Shown: piece by piece, positions 38,494-51,457 of the stretch
Layout: each line of letters opens with the position of its first letter
Numbering within the stretch: position 1 is the stretch's first letter
Source: Octopus sinensis
Taxonomy: Eukaryota
Assembly (NCBI RefSeq): GCF_006345805.1
Contig: NC_042999.1
Coordinates: forward strand, 126,914,001 to 126,978,000
Length of the DNA stretch: 64,000 bases
Reading direction: 5' to 3'
Position numbers and translations under genes: made by a program
Notes under the pieces: model-generated
Databases searched by the model: none
What the model saw: the letters and a program-made list of their open reading frames with translations, nothing else
Told to the model about the DNA's origin: nothing

Positions 38494-39075
38494 TGTATGT
38501 ATGTATGTATGTATATCTATGTGTGTATCGTTCTGTCTGTGTTTGTCCCCTCATTACTGCTTGACAACTGATATTGGTGAGTTTGCATCCCCATAACTTA
38601 GCAGTTTGTCAAAAGAGACCAATGGGATCAATTCATTCAACTAAAAATTCAAGGCCATGCCTCAGCATGGTCACTGAAACAAGTAAGAGATAATAAAAGA
38701 CAAGAGAAAAGACACACACACATACATCCGTATAAATTTTTATATGTGGGTGTGTATGTATATGTGTGGAGGGGTGTACCCATATCTTAACATCATACAA
38801 GTAATGTCATTCATTTCCAATCTTAAGCAAAAAATGTCTGTACATGGAGAAATAATGCTTTCTCTTGGAAACATTTGAGGGTCGATGACAGGAATAACAT
38901 CCAGCTGTAGAAAATCTGCCTCAACAAATTCTGTTTGACCCATGCAAGCATTGAAAAGTAGATGTTAAAAGATGGTGATGATGATGGTGGTGGTGTTGGT
39001 GATGATGTGTGTGTGTGTATGAGTATATATAGATATATGAAAAAAATGAATGAATAACTATGCATATATATGTAT

Positions 39076-39340
<265 letters not shown>

Positions 39341-39443
39341 TATAAGAGCACACACACACATACACACAAATATATATATAAATACAATAAGATATTATGA
39401 CATATCACTATATTAAAAAAGATATATTTAATACATTATAATA

Positions 39444-39484
<41 letters not shown>

Positions 39485-39739
39485 GCGCATGTGTGTGTGT
39501 ATTTCTGTTCTATTTACTAATAAAAACTTTTTTTCTTGTTGGTTGAAATTTTATATTTGTGGCAGTTTCTAATTTACTTCCTAAAGTAATCCTGAAAGCT
39601 CTTGCCAAGCCAACGTAAGCATCACTGATATCAAGATCTGAAAAGTAAAAGTAAAAACTGCAACAAATATGAAATTTCAGCCAACTATAAATATTTTGTA
39701 TTTGCCAACAAGAAAAACAGAGTGCTTGCACATACTCTT

Positions 39740-39783
<44 letters not shown>

Positions 39784-39799
39784 ACTCATATTCCCCGCC

Positions 39800-40428
39800 C
39801 CCCGTCACATACAAGTAAAATATGTATAAACACACAAGTGTGGCTATGTGGTGCCACTGGAGGAGGAATTTTTGGTCCTCTTCCACAAGGGAGGAACTTT
39901 GCAAAATGAATTCAAAAAAATTGAAAGGAAGTGCCGGTGGGAGGGGCTTATGTCCTACACGGAGGACCCTGAGTGGCTGCGGAGGTCATATGGGAGACCG
40001 ATTTGTGCAGGATAACAAACTCCTTCCCGAAGGACTCCTTCAGATTTATGTTGAAACCTTTAAGTTCGGAACGGACCAGGTGCTTCGATGAAGCGAAGAG
40101 CCTGGTCGGCCGGAAAAATTAAAGAGGTGTATTACCTCAAAAAGAGACTAAAAATGTAAAAAGTGAGAGGATTATTGCCTCGTGTTTGTGTTTTATTTTT
40201 AATTTTGAACTGTGTTAGAGGTTTATTGCCTCATTGTGTTTTTTAAAAAAAAAAAAGAAAAAAAGAACAATGATTTAGAGAAGTGAAAGTTGGTGGGCGC
40301 TTTTCGACTTCTCCCATCCTTATCATCCTTATATCATCATCTTTCATCCCATTAATGTCTCTGTCTAGCCCTCAAGCTTCTCTCTGTGTGCTGCCCTTGT
40401 GGCAAATTTAATGAAATGAAATAAAGAA
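39800..40428 (+). mobile_element. Probable non-LTR (L1/Tx1-like) derivative
   Basis: 3' end GCCCTTGTGGCAAAT...AAATAAAGA resembles the end of the Tx1-like copy at 46170-46545. Has a short open frame without a start and a GACCAGG..CCTGGTC hairpin near 40075-40110. Confidence 0.35.
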
Positions 40429-40569
40429 GTTTGGCTCCCAACCACATAGTTTTGGGTTCAGTTCCACTGTGTGGCAACTTGGGCAAGTGTCTTCTGCTAT
40501 AGTCCTGGGTTAACCGAAGCATTGTGGGTGGATTTGGTAGGCAGAAACTGAAAATAGATCATTGTATAT

Positions 40570-40752
40570 CATCATTTTCATTTAACGTCCGTTTTCCATG
40601 CTGGCATGGGTTGGACAGTTTGACTGGGTTCTGGGAAGCCAGGAGGCTTCACCAGGGCCCAATCTGATCTGGCAGTGTTTCTACAGCTGGATGCCCTTCC
40701 TGATGCCAACCACTCTGAGAGTGTAGTGGGTGCTTTTTATGTGCCACCAGCA
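40570..40752 (-). mobile_element. RTE 3' tail fragment
   Basis: Same conserved block as 5744-5930. Confidence 0.8.
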
Positions 40753-40885
40753 CAAGGATATATGTGTATATATATATAAATATTCATATATATACACAAA
40801 GCAGATGTACACAAAATATATCATTGGTAGAAATAGCAGCTGGTAAGCTATCGGTGCTATGTAGACTTTCATTGAATGTTTACAG

Positions 40886-40951
40886 GCAGGTGGTGAATAT
40901 AGGAAAATTCTGTCTTACCTCTACGGAGACCATAAGAAGAATGAAAGATAA
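40886..40951 (+). CDS. Candidate terminal host exon (AGGEYRKILSYLYGDHKKNER*)
   Basis: Acceptor TTTCATTGAATGTTTACAG|, 21 open codons then TAA. A competing minus-strand donor is also present, and no homology is recognised. Confidence 0.2.
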   Translation, partial: AGGEYRKILSYLYGDHKKNER

Positions 40952-41272
40952 TTCAATACTGTAGTTTCAAACATTTTGGATCACATGCATGATGCAAATC
41001 CAATTGGTTATCTTTAGTTGAATCTATCATTGATGACCAAATTTTAAAATATCTACTACATCTCTGCCTATTTGCTTGGCTGAATCAGCCCCAGTTCTTA
41101 TTTTTTAAAGTTAGGTACTTATTCTATTGGTCTCTTTTGCCAAACTGATAGGTTGCAGGGATGTAAACACACCAATACAGCTTAAGTGGTGGTGATGGGC
41201 AAACACCTTGATAAACACATACATATGCATATACATACACACATACATATGTGTGTGTGTATGTATATATAT

Positions 41273-41320
<48 letters not shown>

Positions 41321-41465
41321 AATATATCCGGCTTCTTTCAGTTTCCTTTTACCAAATCTACTCACAAGGCTTTGATCAACCAGCAGCTATAGTAGAAGAC
41401 ACTTGCCCAAAATGCTATGCTGTGGGACTGAATTTGAAGCCATATGGTTAGAAACAAACTTCTTA

Positions 41466-42095
41466 TTTCTTTATTGCCCTCAAGGGGCTAAATATAGAGG
41501 GGACAAACAAGGACAGACGAAGGGATTAAGTCGATTACATCAACCCCAGTGCATAACTGGTACTTAATTTATTGACCCCAAGAGGATGAAAGACAAAGTC
41601 GACCTCGGTGGAATATGAACTCAGAACGCAACGGAAGAAAAAGTACCTATTTCTTTACTACCCACAAGAGGGGACAAACAAGGACAGACAAGCGGATTAA
41701 GTCGATTACATCAACCCCAGTGTGTAACTGCTACTTAATTTATCGACCCTGAAAGGTTGAAAGGCAAAGTCGACCTCGGCGGAATTTGAACTCAGAACAT
41801 AATGGCAGACAAAATACTGCTAAGCATTTGCCCGGCGTGCTAACATTTCTGCCAGCTTGCCGCCTTTTCTTTATTGCCCACAAGGGGCTACACATAGGGA
41901 ATCAAATAAGGACAGACAAAGGGATTAAGTCGATTACATCGACCCCAGTGCATAACTGGTACTTAATTTATCAACCCCAAAAGGATGAAAGGCAAAGCCG
42001 ACCTCAGCGGAATTTGAACTCAGAACGTAGCAACAGACAAAATACCGCTAAGCCTTTCGCCCAGCGTGCTAACGTTTCTGCCAGCTCGCTGCCCT
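41466..42095 (-). mobile_element. SINE family B trimer inserted into a SINE-A copy, 14-bp TSD
   Basis: TSD AAACAAACTTCTTA at 41452-41465 and 42096-42109. The SINE-A sequence resumes after the insertion. Confidence 0.88.
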
Positions 42096-42136
42096 AAACA
42101 AACTTCTTACCACATCTGCACCTATATATATATATA

Positions 42137-42179
<43 letters not shown>

Positions 42180-42184
42180 TATAT

Positions 42185-42241
<57 letters not shown>

Positions 42242-42670
42242 GCCTCGTATTGCATATTATTTCTCCATACAGGGGTTTTTTTTCAATGGCGGCCCATTTT
42301 CGCGGGGTTCCACTTATTCTCTTCTCTCTCTCCCTCTTTTACGTTGTCTGCCATCCCCCCTTCCATTGCTAAGAGCATTTTTAAGCCAGCCCGTCAGTTC
42401 AACCTTCGCATATTCCCGGTGCACCCGCCCTTGCCCACCCCCACCACCAATACCGGATATCTCTATATTTTGCTCTATCTATACCGGATGTCGCTTCTCC
42501 CACCACCATTATAGGTGTCTACTCCTCGAACCCCCCTCTTCAACACGCTATTTCACCATGCATTACCCCTCTCTTGATATCCTACGTTCTACTTGCCTAG
42601 AACCTGTCATCATTTCTCTGAACCACCCCTCCCCACTGGTGCTCCCCTATATATTTCTGCACCCGCCCCC

Positions 42671-42885
42671 CACATAAAAAGCACCATCTGAACGTGGCAC
42701 GTAAAAAACACCCACTACACTCGCGGAGTGGTTGGCGTTAGGAAGGGCATCCAGCTGTAGAAACACTGCCAGACTAGACTGGAGCCTGGGGCAGTCCCTA
42801 GCTCCCCAGACCCCGGTCGAAACCGTCCAACCTGTGCTAGCGCGGAAAACGGACGTTAAACGATGATGATGATGATGATGATGAT
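42671..42885 (+). mobile_element. RTE 3' tail fragment
   Basis: GGAGTGGTTGGCGTTAGGAAGGGCATCCAGC...GGACGTTAAAC(GAT)n. Confidence 0.85.
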
Positions 42886-42931
42886 ATATATATATATATA
42901 TATACATATATATATGTATATATATACATAC

Positions 42932-42982
<51 letters not shown>

Positions 42983-43111
42983 TAATTGTTATCGCCATAT
43001 TAATATGGCATTCTTATAGATATAAGAATAATCGCTGCCGCTGGTCAGCTCCATGAGGCCACCGCCATCAAGTTAGCTATTGATACACGATCTGTATCCA
43101 TTTAATATTCC

Positions 43112-43152
<41 letters not shown>

Positions 43153-43525
43153 TTCAAATTAATGTACCTCATCTTCAAAAGTGGCAAAATTTTTGTCAAT
43201 TATCACCTGGGATAATTTTAGTTACAAATCAAACTGGTAAGATGCATTAAGAAATCTAATTTTAGTGTTTATCCATAATGTTATTGCTTTTACACCTGTT
43301 AATTAAATTTACCTGCCCATAAAAGTCAAATTTACTCAGCATGATCAGCTAAAGTTACATAACTATAAACCAGTGGTATATAAAGCACCCACTGACAAAA
43401 TTTCAAATCTATGTAAAAAAATTTACAAAGTTACAAACAAATATTGTGGACACACCTCTTGAACGTGTATAATTCAAATTAACATGAACAAATAAGCATT
43501 ACATTTGACAGATTAATATGAACAT

Positions 43526-44118
43526 TGGCCCTTACCTGGGACGTAGTCAGTCCACCTGTGCTTACCTTCCTTCTTGTGACACTTGTGAAGACCTGTTGAG
43601 GCAAGTGAAAATCAAAACAAATCAAAATAGATGAACATCAATGGAATTTGTATCTTTGTGGTACCAGTGCCGGTGGCACGTGGCACACAAGAAAACCATC
43701 CGAACGTGGCCGTAGCTAGTACCGCATCGACTGGCCTCCGTGCTGTGGGCACGTAACAAACACCATCCGATCGTGGCCGTTTGCCTGCCTCATCTGGCAC
43801 CTGTGTCGGTGGCACATAAAAACACCATCCGAGCGTGGCCGTCTGCCAGCCTCGTCTGGCACCTGTGTCGGTGGCACATAAAAAACACCATCCGAGCGTG
43901 GCCGTTTGCCAGCCTCGTCTGGCACCTGTGTCGGTGGCACATAAAATCACCCACTACACTCTCGGAGTGGTTGGCGTTAGGAAGGGCATCCAGCTGTAGA
44001 AACACTGCCAGATCTGACTGGACTGGTGCAGCTTTCGGGCTCCCCAGACCCCAGTTGAACCGTCCAACCCATGCTAGCATGGAAAGCGGACGTTAAATGA
44101 TGATGATGATGATGATGA
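43526..44118 (+). mobile_element. RTE 3' UTR with about 5 VNTR units and (GAT)n tail
   Basis: Same organisation as the reverse complement of 5744-6480. Confidence 0.88.
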
Positions 44119-44140
44119 CATACATACATACATACATACA

Positions 44141-44194
<54 letters not shown>

Positions 44195-44679
44195 GGACCA
44201 CATGAATTTGTAGCCAGATGGTTAATTTGTAGCCAAATGGTTAATCTATAGCAAGTAACTGAGTTGCTTCATCCTGATGGGTGCAAAGGTAGTCCTACTA
44301 TTGAATTCTGTTAATAGCGTAAAGTTTGTGCTGTTGGAAATATTCGACTTTCTTCAAGTCACAATGATACAACACCAATGCCTCACAGCCATAGAGGAGT
44401 GTGGAAAAGATGACAGCCCTCCATCACACACTCACAGTACATGCACATTTGTATACAGTAGTAACTTGACAACACAAATGTGCATACTTAGCAATGGATG
44501 TAGCAACATAAGACAAATATGAGGAAAATTCAAATCGTTTAGAGTAGAACTCATACAAGTGTGTTTGGTAATTGAGGGTTTGAAGGTCTCATACTTAGTA
44601 TGGAACACAGGGCATTAAGAGAGTGAAGAGAAGAAGAGCCATCTTCAATACTGTGGAGGCAGCAGAGACAGGTAAAAGG

Positions 44680-45020
44680 GTAAGGGTAAAGGCCTCCTTC
44701 GGTCATGAATAACCATAAGATTGTACCTAGAAAGTTACTCTCTTCGGTACAAGTTTGGTCAAGGATGTTTTTGTGGGAGACCAGCAGTTGCCCATACTTA
44801 CCAGTCTCCTCCCTCCATGCCACCGATGTTATCCAAGAGAAAGGCAAAGGCTGATACAGCTTGGCACCAGTGATGTCGCAACTCATTACTACAGCTGAGT
44901 GAACTGGAGCAACATGAAATAAAGTTCTTGCTCAAGAACACAACATACAGCCCAGTCCAGGAATGAAACTCACTACCACATAATTGTGAGTCTGATGCTT
45001 TAACCACCGAACCATGCGAG
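44680..45020 (-). mobile_element. SINE family C
   Basis: Matches the reverse complement of 20306-20616. Confidence 0.75.
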
Positions 45021-46169
45021 AAGACATCTAAAATGGGTCTGGTTTCAAGGATAGTTGGGGCAGGATGACAGATGTCAATTGAATGTCACTTGGGTGGAAG
45101 CTATAGTATGATCGGTCTCAGATGGTTCATCTTGATGACAGTGGATGTTACTAAGTCTGGAACATCCAATGACTCCAAGATATAATGTTAATTGATGATA
45201 CATCTAAGTATATGCATCTATAGCTGTACAGAAAACAAGAGGACATAGAAAGTTTGATGAATATGTTTTGACAAAAGGTTAAAGAATAGAAAACTAAATC
45301 AATGCAATTGTTATTTGACATTACCTTAATGGGCTATAGATTTCATATACATATATACATGCATACATACATAAATACATACATACATACAGCCAGACAG
45401 ACAGACAGATAGACATGTATGTGTGTGTGTATATACATGCACACACACACATACATACACACACATACATACATACCCAAATACAAGTACACACACAACC
45501 CCATACAAACATATGCATAAATCCCAAGAGCAGAACAGGATCATTTCCACTTCTAAACCATTTATTACATCTGTCTATAATATTTTAGATATCTCTTTAA
45601 TATACACGGACTATCTTATCACTGCTGTCTTTTCACATCGAGTTAAAAACAAATCATAGTCAAGGATATTTAAAAGATAGATTTTCAACATCATCTTTGA
45701 TAAAGAGTCCTTCAGTAGAGCCTATTATTATTATTATTATTATTGTTATTATTATTATTATTAGACAAGACAAAGAGTGTGATGTGATAGCAATAGCTAT
45801 TTTATTGGTTGAACAATATTTCAACAGCAAGGTTATCTTTGTCAAGTTCAAAATAGAAAGTGTACCATTTGAATGGTACAAAATCCATTGACCCAGGATT
45901 GGACTCAACACTGAGTCTAGTGAAACTGACAGGGCTGACAAGCCAATTGTAAGAAGGAATAAAACGCAAAAGCTGTAATTTACATTACAATTTTCCTTAG
46001 ACACCTGGCTTCTTTGGTAACTTCCAGAATTTCCAAATGTCCCAATTCTCATTCAGTGTACCGTAAAATCAATCATCTTCTCAATCTACTTGATTTTGAT
46101 ATTTTAAAAGGACTGACTTAACTCTTCACAAAAGTAAACAGACAAGATGAAGAGCAGGATAGCAGTAGA

Positions 46170-46545
46170 TATTTTATTGGTTGAAAAGGAAGTTGAGGGT
46201 GGAGAGGGAAGTGTTGCTTTGTATCAAGTTTGTTGAAAGGTGGGTGAATGTTGGAAGAATGGCCAGTGTGAAAGGACCAATTCTGAGTGTGCACCTGTAA
46301 AAAATTAGAGAAGGGCTTTTGCCCTGTTGTTCAGGCACCCATGGCTTTTGTGGGTTTTTGCACGAGGTCCTTTAAGCACTTCCCCTATTGGGAGTTTTAA
46401 TTTGTTTAATTTTTAATTATTATTTATATAGTTTACATGTTGTAAAACCCATTGTATCGTCCTGTTTTTGTCTTTTATGTCGTATGTCTTTTAATGTAAT
46501 TTTATGTGAGCCCTTGTGACCAATAAAAGAATGAATTATTATTAT
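46170..46545 (+). mobile_element. L1/Tx1-like LINE 3' end
   Basis: LKRKLRVEREVLLCIKFVERWVNVGRMASV resembles the L1/Tx1 ORF2 C-terminus, followed by a T-rich UTR and CCCTTGTGACCAATAAAA. Confidence 0.6.
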
Positions 46546-46549
46546 TATC

Positions 46550-47150
46550 AAGGCAGTGAGGCGGCAGGGTCATAAGCATGTCAGGCAAAAGGCTTAGTGA
46601 TATTTTGCCTGTTGCTACGTTCTGAGTTCAAATTCCTTTTGTCTTTCTGGAGTCAATAAATTAAGTACCAGTGAAATACTGGAGTCGATGCAATCCACTA
46701 GTCCCCTCCTTCGAAATTCCAGGCCTTGTGCCTTTAGTAGAAAGGATTCTTATCATTATTATTAAGGTAGCAAGCTGGCAGAATTGTTAGCTTACTGGGC
46801 AAAATGCATACCAACATTTCATTCGTCTGCATGTTCTGAGTTCAAATTCAGCTGAGGATGACTTTGTCTTTCATCCTTTTGGGGTTGATAAATTAAGTAC
46901 CTGTGCAAAACTAGAGTTGATGTAATCAACTAGTCCCTTCCCTGCAAATTTTCAGGCCTTGTGCCATTTGTAGAAAAGATCATTATCATTATTATTATCA
47001 TCATTATTATTTGTCTGTCTTTACATTCTGAGACTTCAAATTCCGCTGAGATCGACGTTACCCTTCATCCTTTCAGGGATGATAAAAAATACCAGTCAAT
47101 GCAGTTGACCTTCCCTTCCCTCATGCCAAAAGTTGAAGCCCATCCTTGAG
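46550..47150 (+). mobile_element. Three consecutive decayed SINE-B copies
   Basis: Repeated AAGG..G.GAG.TGGCAG heads and TTCATCCTTT..GGG bodies. Confidence 0.7.
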
Positions 47151-47179
47151 GAAAATAAATGAAATCATCATCATCATCA

Positions 47180-47242
<63 letters not shown>

Positions 47243-47245
<3 letters not shown>

Positions 47246-47635
47246 TATTGTCTTTGCACAGCTTCTAATGCTGGAGATGCACTACAGTGTCAGCCGTTCA
47301 CTATCAGTGGACTAAGGTAACAACTCTTATTTTTTAAGCACCATCTGGAGTACTTGCGGGGTTCCAAGTAGTGCTGTTTTTTGCAAGTGCCCCACTCTTA
47401 TTGCAGTCCCTATTTGTTCCATGTACTTCTCAAGATTTTTACTCACTGTTCCCAGGCTCTAACAATTATTGGTACTACTACCATCTTTTTCACTGACCAC
47501 AACTGCTTAACCTTCCAAGCTGACCTGTCATATCTATTGACTTCTCTTTCTTCCTTATCGCATTCCTTACCACATACATATAGCTGGGCATACTATATCT
47601 ATGATCCAGTATTGTTTGCTTTCTTTCTCAATTAA
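47243..47635 (-). mobile_element. R4/Dong-like (restriction-like endonuclease) non-LTR retrotransposon 3' end in (TAA)n
   Basis: LIEKESKQYWIIDIVCP...VVVPIIVRALGTVSKNLEKYMEQIG...LQKTALLGT is an RLE-domain C-terminus, with TAA/TGA repeats on both flanks. Confidence 0.85.
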
Positions 47636-48607
47636 CATTATCATTATCATTATTATTATTAATTTTGTTATTATTATTATCATCATCATTATTAATAATA
47701 TTATTATTATTATTGTTATTATCATTATATTCTCATAGAGATTAGCTTTAGAGACAAAATGCAACGAAAATTTTACTACTTTGCACTGAAAATTTGACCA
47801 TTTTAAAGTCAAAACTTAATAGATAAAAAAAAATCACCACCACAATCATAAACAAATCTGAACCTCAATCTCCATGTAACTGTGCCATCTCTACACATCT
47901 TACCAGTTTAAAAGGATGTATTTTGGTAAGACACTGGTATATTAAGCTAAAGTCATGTCATCTTCTGACAGAGACAGAGAAACATTGAATTCACTTAAAA
48001 ACTAGTAATTTTCCACTAGCACTCACAACATAGAAGTACTACAAAATTGGTTAAATATATCTGGAGTCTAAAAGACAAAAATGCAATATATATAACAATA
48101 AAGTAGTCAGTCAATAGAAATGTCACCTTATACTCTAAGAGTTCAATAGATGCTAACTCTCTCTAGTAGAAAAATTTAACATCCTACCAAATGAAAGTAT
48201 GCTTTTAAACAAAAGGCTTATCTCTAAGTGCTGACATAATGATTGGTATCTTTTTAGATATTTTCTGTTTCAGACAAGCAAAATACTTTGGTCTATGTTT
48301 ATATTTGATCACCAATGAAAAATAGTTTCATAAACATTTTACGAAAGTAATTTTATATATAAACATTTACAATGGAGTGATTGCGTGATATGAAGTTTGC
48401 TTCCTAACTGCATGATTGTGGGTTCAGTCCCACTACTTGGCATCTTGGACAAGTTGCCTTCTACTGGAGCCCCAGTACAACCAAAGCCTTATTTATACCT
48501 CTGGAAACTGTCAGAAGTGGCTGTCAGAGAATTTCTATGACTTCACCATCCCCAATTTCTGGTGTCCTAATTCCTCCAGTTCATACATACAGGCATGCAT
48601 GGATGTG

Positions 48608-48638
<31 letters not shown>

Positions 48639-48746
48639 ATATATATATATATATACACATACATATATACCATATATCTTATATACTATATATACATATA
48701 TGTATATATATACATACACAAGTGTGCATGATTGTGTATAGAAGAA

Positions 48747-49066
48747 TATATTACTGAAAGAAATTCCAACTTTGATTTTCACATTTTATTTACAATACGA
48801 TAATATAATATGATGAAATGATAGAATATTAAATGTCCATTCTGATTGAACAAGTACGTTCATGCAGTTGTAAATTGTAAAGCATAACTATCACCACTAC
48901 AATATGAACCTGAAGATTGCGTAGTTTATGCATGAAAGTACTAGTTCAATCAGAATTGACATTTAATATTTTATCATTTCATCATATTGTATTATCTTAT
49001 ATTATATTGTTATAAGATTGTAAATAAAATATGAAAACCAAAGTTGGAATTTCTTTAAGTAATATA
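48747..49066. repeat. TA-flanked fold-back element (arms about 48747-48866 and 48930-49066) carrying a hammerhead
   Basis: Arms are reverse complements with scattered mismatches and one indel; the spacer is about 63 nt. Confidence 0.9.
48905..48948 (+). ncRNA. Minimal type I hammerhead ribozyme
   Basis: UGAAC-CUGAAGA-UUGCGUA-GUU-UAUGCAU-GAAA-G-UA-C-UA-GUUCA. Core is perfect, stem I is 5 bp, stem II is 6 bp under a U-U pair, stem III is palindromic AGUACU, and cleavage is predicted after CUA (48943). Confidence 0.8.
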
Positions 49067-49205
49067 TGTATATACATCATCATCATCATCATCATCGTTT
49101 AGCATAGGTAAAAAATTAATGAGTGAATGCATTACATACATAATATTTTCAGGATTAAATAAAAAGAAAACAAATGGAAAATATGACACACTTGATATAT
49201 ATATA

Positions 49206-49302
<97 letters not shown>

Positions 49303-49304
49303 TT

Positions 49305-49450
49305 ATAATTTTAAAAAACCTGTAGTAGATAAAAATACGAACATATACTAAATAGACAAATGGAAAACACAAAAGGTAACCAACTCCTTTTCACTTATTG
49401 GCCAGAGGGTTGAACATAATTTCGGCCATTATCGATATTACTTTCACTCT
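49305..49450 (+). mobile_element. TA-embedded mini-element, copy 1 (right end decayed)
   Basis: Similar to 49809-49841 plus 50533-50670. Confidence 0.6.
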
Positions 49451-49808
49451 GGAGGCACTAACAAGAAACTTGCTGGGAATGGGACCAAAACATAATGAAA
49501 CAAGACAGGCTTGAGATGAGACTGTTAGTAGATGGATGAGGGACAAGACAATAAACAGAATAAAGGCTTAGGGTCACACGGAGACAACAATTAAAATGAT
49601 AATGATACATATACAGCAAAAAAAGCCTTAGGGCTGCAAGACAAGGCAAAAATGGGTAACACAGAGGAGAAATGAAAATCTGTCCTACAGGACTAAAGGT
49701 GGTAGAGTGAGGAACCCAGAAAATTGTGACCAGTCTGGTTGAAGACAATGCAAAAATGAATGACACCACCTTAGGCTATCACAAATCATGTGATAATGGG
49801 ATATATAT

Positions 49809-50666
49809 ATAATTTTTAAAAAACATATAGTAAATAAACATGACTAGAGACCGAGACCTCTGGAAGTGTGCTGTGCGCGAGAAGACTCGGCAGGACAAGT
49901 GAGTCCACAACCCGTGGCCTTCTACATGGGATGGAGCCAGCCTACGTATGCATACCTTCCCTTCTTGGGACACAAAACTCTACTTGTGAAGATGTGTTGA
50001 GGCAAGTGAGGATCAGAATCGAAATCGATCAATGGAAATTGCGGATGTGCTACCAGTGCCGGTGGCATGTCGAAACTCTGCTTGTGAAGACCCATTGAGG
50101 CAAGTGAGGATCAGAATCGAAATCGATCAATAGAAATCGATCAATGGAAATTGCAGATGTGTTACCAGTGCCGGTGGCATGTAAGAGAACTTTCCGTTTC
50201 GTGACCGTTGCCAGCACCGCCCCGTTTCGTGTCCGTTGCCAGCCTCGCCTGGCCCTCGTGCCGGTGGCACATAAAAAGCACCATCCGTTCGTGGCCGTTT
50301 GCCAGCTCTGTCTGGTACCAGTGCGGGTGGCACGTAAAAAGCACCCACTACACTCACGGAGTGGTTGGCGTTAGGAAGGGCATCCAGCCGTAGAAACACT
50401 GCCAGATTTGACTGGGCCTGATGAAGCCTTCTGGCTTCACAGACCCCAGTAGAACCGTCCAACCCATGCTAGCATGGAAAACGGACGCTAAATGATGATG
50501 ATGATGATGATGATGATATAGTAAATAAACATACGAATATGTACTAAATACATAGGTGAATAGAAAACACAAAAGGTCACCAACTCCTCTTCAGTTATTG
50601 GTCAGAGAGTCGAGCACAATTTTAGCCATTATTGATAATATTGCTTCCACTACAGGTTTTTTAAAG

Positions 50667-50670
<4 letters not shown>
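49809..50670. mobile_element. TA-embedded ~170-bp mini-element with ~20-bp TIRs, split by an RTE insertion
   Basis: Starts ATAATTTTTAAAAAACATATAGT and ends ACTACAGGTTTTTTAAAGTTAT. Confidence 0.65.
49842..50515 (+). mobile_element. 5'-truncated RTE insertion with 17-bp TSD
   Basis: TSD ATATAGTAAATAAACAT at 49825-49841 and 50516-50532. Contains the ORF2 end (TRDRDLWKCAVREKTRQDK*), an internal tandem duplication, VNTR and (GAT)n tail. Confidence 0.92.
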
Positions 50671-50704
<34 letters not shown>

Positions 50705-51356
50705 GACGGGCTTCTTTCAGTTTCCGTCTACCAAATCCACTCACATGGCTTTGGTCGGCCTGAGGCTATAGTAGAAGACACTTGCCCAAGGTGCCATGCA
50801 GTGGGACTAAACCCGGAACCATGTGGTTCATAAGCAAGCTACTTACCACACACCCACGCCTATGCCTACATATATACACATATACATACATTTATAATAT
50901 ACATGTATATATACACACACATATATATATATACATACATTTATTATACATATTATCGGAAGTAAGGGAGTAGGCATGTCCTGTCGGAAGTGGGGCATGT
51001 GGATCCCACTGGAAGTGCCATGGTGGACATGCGGCATTCAACGAAGCATGAGAGTCAGTCTGCAGTGAACAGCACATTAGAGTGGATGTGCGAGAAAGTA
51101 GAGCATCAGATAGCACACATGGACGTGGAGTGAACCTTGAAGATCATGACAGCACGTGTATGTTGAAGTGACCCTTTCTCCGGACTGACAGGTAAGACTA
51201 CCATAATTCTCTCTTCACTTCTGTCTTCTTTCTTCCTTTACATCACAATGTGTATTTACTTTATATACATACAGGAGTTGAAAACTTTCTTTTAACATTT
51301 CACTTAATGTCTATGTTCCATGCTGGCATGGGTTGTAGAGTTATTAATGTAGAAAC

Positions 51357-51457
51357 TTGGTATCTCAGCTACTAGCAGTTGAGACCTGCGTAATCTAGAC
51401 AGTGTTTTTAAATTTCATTATTCTCTTTAACCCAGGCAATGCTGAGTATATCTGCTA

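Noticed and set aside
43940-44030. HDV-like or twister ribozyme in the conserved RTE tail block
   Set aside because: I could not assign the nested P1/P2/P3/P1.1/P4 order or the twister core by eye. It is left as an unclassified structure pending a descriptor search.
49445-49800. Mariner- or RTE-like coding remnant
   Set aside because: Only vague motif resemblance (WVPHST), with no consistent frame.
50955-51247. Solo LTR
   Set aside because: It ends in CA but lacks a clean TG start and a TSD, and is single copy in the window.
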